DNA from: an archaeon
GTDB lineage: Archaea > Iainarchaeota > Iainarchaeia > Iainarchaeales > CSSED10-239
Assembly: GCA_035390665.1 (NCBI GenBank)
Contig: DAOOUC010000002.1
Location: 1 to 32,000 of the forward strand
Direction of reading: 5' to 3'
DNA: 32,000 bases
Position numbers and translations under genes: made by a program. Every line of letters begins with the position of its first letter. Positions within the stretch are counted from its first letter, which is position 1. Shown here in pieces: positions 23,831-32,000 of the stretch. The notes under the pieces were generated by a model, which saw nothing but the letters and a program-made list of their open reading frames with translations, was not told where the DNA came from and did no database searches.

Positions 23831-23885
23831 ATTTCTTTAAAAAACAAAAGGTTTTAAAACTTCTATGTAGTTATTATTTTTAGTT

Positions 23886-24749
23886 ATGGTGATAAATGTG
23901 GTTGTGAAAAAAAAAGTAATAAGTACAAAAAAGAGCATTAGTAAAAAAAAAGAAGTTATAAAAAAACCAACTGCCAAAAAAGAAATAGAATTAAAAAAAA
24001 TAGACAAGTCTAAATTTTTCTTACTTAAAAAAAGAATACATGAAAAGGAAGAAAATGAATTTGGAAAATTTGATTTACATTTACATAGTAAATATTCTTC
24101 TTGTGCAGTAACTGAGCCAGAAACTATTGTAAAGAAGGCAAAAGAAGTTGGCCTTAAAGGATTTGCAATAACAGATCACAACACTATAAGAGCGTGGCCT
24201 GCTTTAACAAAACTTGCTAAAGCAAATGATTTAATATTTATCCCAGGTCAAGAAATTGATGTAACATTTAATGGTAAAAAAATAGGACATGTCTTAGCAT
24301 TATTTACTTATGATAAGATTGTTTCCACAGATATTTATGAAGTTGTTGATGAAGCAAAGTCTCAATCAGCATTATTATCTTTACCACATGCATTTGATTT
24401 TGGGAGAGCATTTAAAGGATTAGAATATCTTTCTCAAAATGGACCAATATCTAAATATATTCCTGCAATGGAAACCTTTAATTCAAGAGTAATGAGAGAA
24501 AATGCAAACAAAGCAGCAAAAGATTTTGCAGAAAAAAATGGATTATTACAGACTGCTGGTTCTGATGCACATATGCCTTATGAAATAGGTAATGGATATT
24601 TGATAGCTAAAGCAAATACAGAATTAGATCTTTTAAGAGAAATAAAACTTGGAAGAGTTGTAACTAATGGAAGATTATCTGGACTTAAACCAAAGATTCA
24701 AACACTTGGCGCATACATGAATCTTTTACAGGATAGAAATTTTAAATAG
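23886..24749 (+). CDS. PHP-domain metal-dependent phosphoesterase with a Lys-rich N-terminal extension
   Basis: FDLHLHSKYSSCA, FAITDHNT and GSDAH motifs of the PHP superfamily. Start uncertain. Confidence 0.8.
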   Translation: MVINVVVKKKVISTKKSISKKKEVIKKPTAKKEIELKKIDKSKFFLLKKRIHEKEENEFGKFDLHLHSKYSSCAVTEPETIVKKAKEVGLKGFAITDHNTIRAWPALTKLAKANDLIFIPGQEIDVTFNGKKIGHVLALFTYDKIVSTDIYEVVDEAKSQSALLSLPHAFDFGRAFKGLEYLSQNGPISKYIPAMETFNSRVMRENANKAAKDFAEKNGLLQTAGSDAHMPYEIGNGYLIAKANTELDLLREIKLGRVVTNGRLSGLKPKIQTLGAYMNLLQDRNFK

Positions 24750-25464
24750 TTAAAATTTTTCTTAAATTTATTTCTTTGTCTAGATTTTCAATAATTCCAT
24801 CCATGTGTCCAGCACCAACTACAACCACAATATTTTCTTCTGGAATTTTTTGTAAATGATAAGCAATAAATTGATCTCTTTCATCAATTAATATTTCTTT
24901 AAATTTTTTGTGTCTTTTAGAATAAAGTTTCATTATTTCTTCTATTATCTCAGATTTATCTTCTTCAGTTTCAACTTCTGACATAAGTTTTTCAATATTT
25001 ATTTTTTCTAGTTCTTTTTTTGGAATAAATAAACCTCCAAAAATTAATTTTAATTTTTCTCCAAAGGTTAATCTTTTAAGTAGTTTTTGTAAAGTGATGT
25101 TTATATCTCTGTCAACAAGATAGACTTTTGCTTCAATTTCTTTTGCGCTATTAAATGCGGAAACCATTTCTTCACCAGGGTTCATATTAAATTTCTTAGC
25201 GATGCCCTTTTGTAGTCCCCCAAGTGTATAACCTAAAAGAAAAGCAGATTTATTTTTAGTTTTAAAAATATCTTTTAGTTTTGGTTTTTTTTCTTTGTCA
25301 GGGTTAAGAAGCCCTAAAAGCCTATTAAAATCTAGTTCTAAGCAAACAGCAGTTGGTTTTTTTTCAAGAATTATATTTCTTACTTGTTCTGCGCTTTTTG
25401 AAGAAACATGTGCTGTTCCAATGATTGTGATATGTTTGTTTTCAAAATCTATTTCTTTTATCAT
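24742..25464 (-). CDS. TraB/PrgY-family protein
   Basis: ITIIGTAHVSSKSAEQVRNII...PTAVCLELD, GEEM, LVDRDI, IDERDQFIA and VVVGAGHMDGI motifs. 8-nt convergent overlap with the PHP gene. Confidence 0.85.
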   Translation of the reverse strand: MIKEIDFENKHITIIGTAHVSSKSAEQVRNIILEKKPTAVCLELDFNRLLGLLNPDKEKKPKLKDIFKTKNKSAFLLGYTLGGLQKGIAKKFNMNPGEEMVSAFNSAKEIEAKVYLVDRDINITLQKLLKRLTFGEKLKLIFGGLFIPKKELEKINIEKLMSEVETEEDKSEIIEEIMKLYSKRHKKFKEILIDERDQFIAYHLQKIPEENIVVVVGAGHMDGIIENLDKEINLRKILTI

Positions 25465-25495
25465 TTTTATTCAATATATATAAAAGACAAAACAT

Positions 25496-25505
25496 TTTAA
25501 ATATA
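25496..25505 (+). promoter_or_regulatory. TATA box TTTAAATATA upstream of the large surface-protein gene (divergent region shared with traB)
   Basis: Same decamer as at 11116 and 14336. It lies 46 nt before the ATG. Confidence 0.4.
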
Positions 25506-25550
25506 TAATATATTATATATTACTATAAACCATTTAAATGTGTTAAAAAA

Positions 25551-28500
25551 ATGATAAAGAAAATAATAATATTCTTAATGTTAATTATATTTAGTGCAAA
25601 TGTTTTTGCATATACAACAAATACAATTAATATTACTTCAAGTTATGCAAATAGTTCGGGAAATATTAATTTTACTGGAACAGCAACAGGAGAACTAAAT
25701 GAGCAATTACAATTAAATGTATCTTCTGGAGGAGACGGGGTAGGAATAGATTTTAATGTTACAATTGTTAGTGGTAATTTTTCAGGAAGTTTTAATATTG
25801 CTATTGATGGAGAATCAAGTTCTGGCACAGTTCCTACAATTAAAACCAATTCTTTTGATACAATTAGATTAAAAGATAAACAAAATTCAGATAAAAACGA
25901 CACAATCATAGTTGATTCAGTAAAACCAACAAATTCAGCAGCCCTAACTATTTCTGTGCTTGGCGACAATTATTTAAATTATTATTCTGGTAGCATAAAT
26001 GTAAGTTATGTTCCCGGAACATTATCTGATTCTGGATCTTCGGGAATAAGTAATCACATTATTACTGTTGTTCCTGTTACAGAAATTAATAATTATTTAT
26101 CATCCACAAGAAAATTTATAAATGCAAGTACAGACAACAATAAAACAATCAATTCTTTGTCTCCAGTAATTCCTGATGGAAATTATTTTGTAGTAATTGA
26201 TGCTAATGATTTGGCTGGAAATTATTCTTTATCTGATTCTGTTTTAGCAACAAAAAAAAATGTTTATTTTGATAATACAAAACCAGAAATTTCAGCTGTA
26301 TTAATTGGAACTACAGAAAAAACAATCGACACAAATAAAATTTATATCCCAAATACTAGTTTTATTTTAACTATTTTATTAGAGGATTCTTCAGGAATAG
26401 AACAAACAAGTTCATTAACAGTAATACGCCCCGATGCTTTACCAAGATATAGTAATTATGATGCTACAAATGGTTTTGTAATTAGTTCTACAGACATTGG
26501 AAGCGGGTGGGAAGATGGAGACATTTTTAGAGTATCAATTGATGCTAACGATAATGTCAATAACAGATATACTTATGATTTTAATATAATAATTGATACC
26601 ACAAAACCAACAACACCAAATAAAAACACAACAACAATAGAAGATCTTGACAAGAATGTAACAATTACTTGGGCAAAAGATGCATCAACAGATGTAGGTT
26701 CTGAATTAAAGGAATATAGGGTTTATAAAAGCACAACTACATTTACAACAATAACAAATCAAACTCTTGTGTGTACAACAGGAACAACAACTTACACATG
26801 TAAAGACACAGATGAAAAAAATTTAGATGAAGTTTATTATTATGGACTTGTTGGCGTAGATAATGCAGGAAATATTAGTGACTCCAATACTCAGTCTATT
26901 TGGACAGGGCCAGAATGTGATATAGAAATAAATGATGGTAATGAATATACAAATCTATCAAGTGTTGATATAAATATTAGTTATTCAGATGATGTAAATT
27001 TAGTTGCATTTAGTTGTAATGGCACTTCTTTTTCTAGCTATCAAGAGTTAGATGAAGATGATGATGAAGCTTCTAAAACATTTACAATAACTTCTGGAAA
27101 CGGTTGTAATTCAGATGAAGACGAAAAAACAATTTATGCAAGAATAAAAACAACTGATGAAGACGATCCTAGAACAACAATTTGTTCTGCAGAGATATAT
27201 TACGATACCACTGCACCAAATATTCCTACAAATATTAAAGCAATAACTCAAGCAAATGGAAGCATAAAATTATCATGGGATGATTCTGAAGATGAAAATA
27301 CGGATTCTTATGTTACTTATAGAGTTTATTATTCCTTAACTAATAATGTCACAAGCACATCGTCTTATTTTGAAGTAGAAGATAATACTTATACCCACAA
27401 CCCAAATCAAGACACAAATGTTTATTATAAATTAAGTGCAATAGATGAGGCAGGAAATCAATCTTCTTTATCTGCAACAATAACAGGTGTTGCAAAAAAG
27501 ATTGGCGCAGATTTAACAATTTCAATAACCCCTTCAAATACAGATGCAAATATTTTATATGTGGGTAGTGGAATAAAAACAATAAAGTATATTAGTGATG
27601 AATCTTTAGTAGGAACTCCACAAGTAAGTGTAAAGCAAGGAACAGATTCTTTTGTTACAATTATAACAACATATAATAATTCTAATAAAACAGGTCAAGG
27701 CGAATTTAATTTCACAAAGTCAGGAAATGGAACAATAAAAATTATTGCAACAAATAATAATAATGAGATTTCAACATCAGAATTAAGTTTCACTATAGAT
27801 ATTAATGCCCCTACATTTGATTATAACTATTCTGATTCAAACGGCACATTTTTATTTAATTTAAAAGACTATTCTTCTGATATACACAGAGCACAATATT
27901 TATTAGACGACTCGGAAGAAATCTGTTTGAGAAATAAAACAGATAGTAATTTCAATTGTATATTTGATTCCACAGGTACAGCCGATGGGAACCATTTAGT
28001 TTCAATAATAGTATATGATCGTGCATTAAATATTACAAAAAAAGAAACAAGTATTGTAATTGACAACGTTGATGAAGACCAAATACTTTCTACAACATTA
28101 AAACTAGAATTAGATGTTAATATAGAAAAAACAAAAGACAATTTAGAATTATTTGAAGCCCTTAATTTATTAAAAGAACTAGATAGTTCTATAAAAACAA
28201 AATTTGAATTGGCAAAAGCAGACAAGTCAGATGGGGATCAATTATTTGGGCAATCAAAATTTTTAGAAGCAAAAGAAAAGTATTTGTTAGTGAAAGATTC
28301 ACTTATTGAAATAGATAACAATCTTCCAAAAATTGAAATAATAAACACCACAGAAACAGATGCAATTTATGATGAAAATTCAACAGTTCCTCAAGGATTA
28401 ATAATGGATTCAAATGCAATAACAGATACTATAAACTTGTATAAAACAAAAGATATAAAAATTATTAGAAATTTTGATGTAATTAAAATAGAGAATCACA

Positions 28501-29111
28501 AATTCTTTTCTGTTACTCTTAAAATTACTAATTCAGGTACAACAAGCAAGCAAATAACAATTATGGAAGAAATTCCAAAATCTTTTAGTACAAGTATAAA
28601 AAATCTTTCATTTACAGAGCAAATAGATATTTTATTAGCAGATCCAATAATAAAATATAGTGTAGAAATACCTGCAGGTCAAACAAAAGAAATTACATAT
28701 AGATTAATGACACCAATAACTGATGTGGATTCTATAACAAAATATAACACCATAAATAAAAGCTTCGTTGCTCCAGTAATATTAAGCGGGGAAATTCAAA
28801 AAGAAAAATTTAATATTAAAAAACCAGTTAATACAAATTTGTTTATTTATCTAATCTCTATTGTTGTTTTATTTATAATAATATTATTAATACTTAATGC
28901 AATTACAACCTTTAAAAATAAACAAGTAAAAATTGAAATAAAAAAAGATTCAAAAACAGAAATGTCTGATTATTTAGGAAATATAAAACAGGAAAATGTA
29001 AAAAATGAAGAATTAGAAGAAACAGCAAAGATTGTGGATGAAAAAAAACAATCTGCAGATAAATTCCAAGAGAATTATGATTATATTCTTTCAGCAATAA
29101 AAAAAAGATAA
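25551..29111 (+). CDS. Large (1186 aa) type I membrane-anchored surface protein, S-layer/adhesin-like, with Ig/Fn3-like modules
   Basis: Signal peptide MIKKIIIFLMLIIFSANVFA. Many N-x-S/T sequons. Recurring domain-boundary motifs D.(T/V)KP(T/E) and DTTAP. Fn3-like segments ending in VD.AGN.S. C-terminal TM LFIYLISIVVLFIIILLILNAI (about nt 28836-28913) plus a charged ~85-aa tail. Confidence 0.7.
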   Translation: MIKKIIIFLMLIIFSANVFAYTTNTINITSSYANSSGNINFTGTATGELNEQLQLNVSSGGDGVGIDFNVTIVSGNFSGSFNIAIDGESSSGTVPTIKTNSFDTIRLKDKQNSDKNDTIIVDSVKPTNSAALTISVLGDNYLNYYSGSINVSYVPGTLSDSGSSGISNHIITVVPVTEINNYLSSTRKFINASTDNNKTINSLSPVIPDGNYFVVIDANDLAGNYSLSDSVLATKKNVYFDNTKPEISAVLIGTTEKTIDTNKIYIPNTSFILTILLEDSSGIEQTSSLTVIRPDALPRYSNYDATNGFVISSTDIGSGWEDGDIFRVSIDANDNVNNRYTYDFNIIIDTTKPTTPNKNTTTIEDLDKNVTITWAKDASTDVGSELKEYRVYKSTTTFTTITNQTLVCTTGTTTYTCKDTDEKNLDEVYYYGLVGVDNAGNISDSNTQSIWTGPECDIEINDGNEYTNLSSVDINISYSDDVNLVAFSCNGTSFSSYQELDEDDDEASKTFTITSGNGCNSDEDEKTIYARIKTTDEDDPRTTICSAEIYYDTTAPNIPTNIKAITQANGSIKLSWDDSEDENTDSYVTYRVYYSLTNNVTSTSSYFEVEDNTYTHNPNQDTNVYYKLSAIDEAGNQSSLSATITGVAKKIGADLTISITPSNTDANILYVGSGIKTIKYISDESLVGTPQVSVKQGTDSFVTIITTYNNSNKTGQGEFNFTKSGNGTIKIIATNNNNEISTSELSFTIDINAPTFDYNYSDSNGTFLFNLKDYSSDIHRAQYLLDDSEEICLRNKTDSNFNCIFDSTGTADGNHLVSIIVYDRALNITKKETSIVIDNVDEDQILSTTLKLELDVNIEKTKDNLELFEALNLLKELDSSIKTKFELAKADKSDGDQLFGQSKFLEAKEKYLLVKDSLIEIDNNLPKIEIINTTETDAIYDENSTVPQGLIMDSNAITDTINLYKTKDIKIIRNFDVIKIENHKFFSVTLKITNSGTTSKQITIMEEIPKSFSTSIKNLSFTEQIDILLADPIIKYSVEIPAGQTKEITYRLMTPITDVDSITKYNTINKSFVAPVILSGEIQKEKFNIKKPVNTNLFIYLISIVVLFIIILLILNAITTFKNKQVKIEIKKDSKTEMSDYLGNIKQENVKNEELEETAKIVDEKKQSADKFQENYDYILSAIKKR

Positions 29112-29114
29112 TAA

Positions 29115-30296
29115 ATGATTAAAGGTTTAGAAACAAAAATTGTTGTTGTGGGTGGGGGGCCAGCAGGTCTTTATTGTGCTTATCTTATTAAAAGATTTAA
29201 CCCCAGTATACTTGTAACATTAATTGAATCTAAAAAAGAAATATATTCTTCTTGTTGTAGTGGTCATGTTTCTATTAAAGGAATAAATGAATTAAAGTTA
29301 GCACCATTCATAGATTTAGAAAAATTAACAATTAATAGAATAAGAGGCGCAAATATCTTTGGTCCAAATGGAACAAATTTAGAAGTTAGAACAAAGCAAT
29401 ATCAAACAATTGTAATAAACCGAGGAGAATTAGATAAAGAGATAGAAAAACTAGCAAAAAACAGCGGTGTAGAAATCTTATGTGGTTATCAAGTTGTTGC
29501 AATAGATGAAGATTCAATAAAGGTAAATATTATTGATGAAAACAGATTAATTAATATAGATTATAATTATTTAATAGGTGCTGATGGTCCAAATTCAATA
29601 GTAAGAAATAGTTTTTCTCAAAAAAATAATAATGACGCTTTCATAAATACCTATCAAATAACTGCAACAGGAAATTTCAAAAAAGATATGGTTAGTGTTT
29701 ATTTTGGGGACTATGCTAAAAATTTCTTTGCTTGGATTATTCCAGAAGATACAACAACTGCACGAATTGGAATTGGAACAACTTTTGGTTATAATCCAAA
29801 AGAAGCACTTAATCAATTTATATTTAAGCAAGAATTAAAATTATCAAATATTAAATTTAATTGTTCTGGAATTATTCCAATCTCTAAACCATTAGATACC
29901 TATTTTTACAAAAATAGATTGTTGATTGGAGATGCAGCTTGTTTTGTTAAAGCAACAAGTGGTGGAGGATTAGTTTTTGGTTTAAAGAGTGCAGAAATTG
30001 CAGCTCAAACGATTACTGATAGATTTAAAAAATTTCAAAATGTAAACAATTATAATAAAAATTTAAAAAAATATATTTATGATTTAAATCTTCATTATAA
30101 AATCCACAACTACATCTATAATAAAACAAATTATGAATTCGACGAGCTTTTAAAAAAATTAAAAGAAGCAGGAATAGAAGAATTTCTAAATAGCTTTGGT
30201 AATATTGATTATCCAAGTAAAATTATTCCAAATCTGATTTTTTATCCTAAATTTATAGTATTTTATAAAGAATTTATAAGGTTTGTAAAATCTTAG
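29115..30296 (+). CDS. Geranylgeranyl reductase family flavoprotein (digeranylgeranylglycerophospholipid reductase-like)
   Basis: KIVVVGGGPAGLYCA Rossmann motif, GADGPNSIVR and IGDAACFVKATSGGG. Confidence 0.7.
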   Translation: MIKGLETKIVVVGGGPAGLYCAYLIKRFNPSILVTLIESKKEIYSSCCSGHVSIKGINELKLAPFIDLEKLTINRIRGANIFGPNGTNLEVRTKQYQTIVINRGELDKEIEKLAKNSGVEILCGYQVVAIDEDSIKVNIIDENRLINIDYNYLIGADGPNSIVRNSFSQKNNNDAFINTYQITATGNFKKDMVSVYFGDYAKNFFAWIIPEDTTTARIGIGTTFGYNPKEALNQFIFKQELKLSNIKFNCSGIIPISKPLDTYFYKNRLLIGDAACFVKATSGGGLVFGLKSAEIAAQTITDRFKKFQNVNNYNKNLKKYIYDLNLHYKIHNYIYNKTNYEFDELLKKLKEAGIEEFLNSFGNIDYPSKIIPNLIFYPKFIVFYKEFIRFVKS

Positions 30297-30367
30297 TGCA
30301 TAGCATACTCTTTTATTTGTTTTTATAACAAAATATAATATATTTATATTAAAATTGAGGTGGAAAA

Positions 30368-32000
30368 ATGAAAAAAGTAATAATATTAGGTATATTAGCG
30401 ATTTTTTGTTTAAATATATTTGGAATAGTTAATTCTGAAGAATTAACTCAAGATACAACAGCTAGCGGAAATAATTCAACAGTTTGTACAATGGACGTAA
30501 TGACTTGTCCTAGTGGTATGACAGTGCCAAGAGTGCCAGAATTAAACTGTGAATTTGCTCCTTGCCCTCAATATTCAGATAGTACAACAGGAATTGGGCA
30601 AGTAAGTGATGTAGTAATAGTAAATCCTACAACAACGGTTGTGGAAACAACAACAGAGGATAAAAAAGAATGTCAAACACAAGTGCAAGCAATTAATGCA
30701 CAAATTGTTGAAAAAGACAAAGCATATAAAGAAGAATTAAAATTATTATTGCCTGCTTATCAATCTGCAAAAGAAGAATATCTTAAAGCACTAACAGAAT
30801 ATAAAAAGTGTATTTCAGAGAAAATTTCTACAAAAATGACAGATTCAATTAATTCAACAGTAAGTTCTCAAGCAGGTACATCAGGAATGACAGCAAATAT
30901 TGCGGTAGCAAATATGACAGAAAGGTGGGTTAAACAAAATACAAGTATTTCTGAAACTCCGCAAGTTGCTAGTGCAATTATGCCAATTGAGAATATAAAT
31001 GTAAATGAATTAGATTTAGAAATTATAGAATTACCAGAAACAGATTCAATTAACTGTAAAGAACAAAGAATTTTGTTAAATGAAAAACAAGTAAAAATTA
31101 AAGCAGAAATATTAAAAATAAAAGAATTAAGAGAAAAATACAAAGCAGATGAAATTTCAGTAAAAGAATTACAAGCACAAAGACAAGAAATTATAAGAAG
31201 TTGTTATCCAGGTAATCCTGCTAGTGTAATAAAAGAAGAATGTATTGTTCCTAAGGAATTATTAGAACAAAGAAAAGAATTAGAGAAAAGACTAATGGAA
31301 TTACAAACAAATTTTACATCTGAAGATAATGCAAATAAAGAAGAGTTTATTTTAAAACACAGACAAGTAAAAGAAGAATATGGACAAGTTTCTGAAAAAA
31401 TAAATAGTATTGAAAAGGCATGTAAACAAACAGCAAGAGTAGTTACTCAAGTAGATAGATGTAAACCAGACGAAGGATTGTTACAAGAAATTGAAAAATA
31501 TAAAAAAAGCTTGTTAACAGAAACAGATCCTGATACATTATATAAATTAAGAATAGCATTAGATTATGCAATAAAAAAAATGAATGCTGGCTGTGGAATT
31601 AGCTCAGTAGAAGGAACAACAGAAGTTTCAACTAAACCTGTTTCAGAAACAGAAATATTAAAACAAGAGATACAAAGATTAAAATTAGAGATTCAAAAGA
31701 AAGATAATGAAATCAAATCTCTAAGAGAATCAATGAGAGAATTTACTGGAGAAATGAAATCTGCTAATGCTGAAAAAAAGAAAGAATTATTAGAGACCAA
31801 TTTTGATAAAGTTTTAGAGCATACAGCAGCAGTAATTAAATCCAGAATTACAAAATTAGAAGAAAAAATAACTGATATAGAAACAACAGAAACTATTTCA
31901 GAAGAAAATAAAAAGAAAATAATTTCAGATTTAAATAACAGAATTGCATCTTTGACACAAGTATTAGATAAATTAAATACTGCAACCACAGCTGAAGAAT
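30368..32000 (+). CDS. Secreted Cys-motif plus long coiled-coil protein, 3'-truncated by the window end; absent from the ORF track
   Basis: My own translation is open from ATG 30368 (GAGGTGG SD) to base 32000 with no stop. Signal peptide MKKVIILGILAIFCLNIFGIVNS. Motif CTMDVMTCPSGMTVPRVPELNCEFAPCP. Then more than 400 aa of K/E/Q/L-rich heptad-like sequence. Confidence 0.75.
   Translation, partial: MKKVIILGILAIFCLNIFGIVNSEELTQDTTASGNNSTVCTMDVMTCPSGMTVPRVPELNCEFAPCPQYSDSTTGIGQVSDVVIVNPTTTVVETTTEDKKECQTQVQAINAQIVEKDKAYKEELKLLLPAYQSAKEEYLKALTEYKKCISEKISTKMTDSINSTVSSQAGTSGMTANIAVANMTERWVKQNTSISETPQVASAIMPIENINVNELDLEIIELPETDSINCKEQRILLNEKQVKIKAEILKIKELREKYKADEISVKELQAQRQEIIRSCYPGNPASVIKEECIVPKELLEQRKELEKRLMELQTNFTSEDNANKEEFILKHRQVKEEYGQVSEKINSIEKACKQTARVVTQVDRCKPDEGLLQEIEKYKKSLLTETDPDTLYKLRIALDYAIKKMNAGCGISSVEGTTEVSTKPVSETEILKQEIQRLKLEIQKKDNEIKSLRESMREFTGEMKSANAEKKKELLETNFDKVLEHTAAVIKSRITKLEEKITDIETTETISEENKKKIISDLNNRIASLTQVLDKLNTATTAEE

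Noticed and set aside
23767-23883. 38-codon ORF (MLLPGLKVETEFSLVSSLAYYYFFKKQKVLKLLCSYYF*) preceded by AGGAGG and ending 2 nt before the PHP gene.
   Set aside because: The SD-to-ATG spacing is only 3 nt, against 6-9 nt for genes in this window. The peptide has no recognisable features. The AGGAGG is also part of a plausible RNA helix. It is kept only as an alternative hypothesis under the 23467-23885 finding.
23467-23885. Attempt to identify the GC-rich spacer as RNase P RNA, SRP RNA, 5S rRNA or an intron-containing or split tRNA.
   Set aside because: CGAAACAGAATTTAGTTTGG superficially resembles the RNase P CR-IV/V ACAGAA..GGCUUA element, but no complementary GGAAA-containing P4 strand exists. 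No AGG-stem-GNRA-stem-AGCA SRP helix 8 occurs on either strand. There is no T-loop GTTCGAATC-like sequence. Identity is left open rather than asserted.
1-32000. Search for CRISPR arrays, IS/transposase genes, integrases, toxin-antitoxin pairs, a reverse transcriptase with TR/VR repeats (DGR) and rRNA genes.
   Set aside because: None was seen. The only substantial repeats are in-frame domain repeats inside the protease and adhesin genes and the 27-nt repeat at 19845/19911. No RT-like or nuclease-island ORFs are present.

Overview
AT-rich archaeal chromosomal segment (roughly 30% GC by eye, not computed), tightly packed and almost entirely on the + strand. Archaeal origin follows from e-type ribosomal proteins, RNAP subunits D/N/E, Spt4, aIF5B and aIF2-gamma. 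Start codons are usually preceded by GGTGA-like Shine-Dalgarno sequences, and several gene pairs overlap by ATGA. There are two conserved information-processing clusters. Cluster 1 (1-10289) runs L6-L32e-L19e-L18-S5-L30-L15-SecY-DUF106-L34e-L14e, then S13-S4-S11-RpoD-tRNA-Leu-L18e-L13-S9-RpoN-S2. Cluster 2 (16690-22916) runs L7Ae-S28e-L24e-aIF5B-S6e-aIF2gamma-PIN-RpoE-Spt4-S24e-S27ae. The nucleotide kinases that usually sit in these clusters (adk, cmk, ndk) are absent. Together with many large secreted or surface proteins, this suggests a reduced-genome, possibly DPANN-like episymbiotic archaeon (inference). An accessory island (10360-16584) separates the clusters. It holds a TrmB-type regulator, a small pilin-signal protein, a secreted M6/InhA-like metalloprotease with four CHB_HEX_C-like repeats, a pilin-signal protein fused to DUF285/BspA-like repeats, and a convergent deaminase. 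This is my best candidate for an undescribed cell-contact module. The second accessory region (22927-32000) holds a CPBP protease, a 420-nt hairpin-dense GC-enriched intergenic region of unknown identity, a PHP phosphoesterase, a TraB-family protein, a 1186-aa anchored surface protein, a geranylgeranyl reductase and a partial secreted coiled-coil protein. Other observations: a near-textbook k-turn hairpin sequestering the SD of the L7Ae gene, an L14e ORF absent from the ORF track, and a 27-nt direct repeat duplicating the aIF2-gamma start region. No CRISPR array, IS element, integrase or rRNA was seen.
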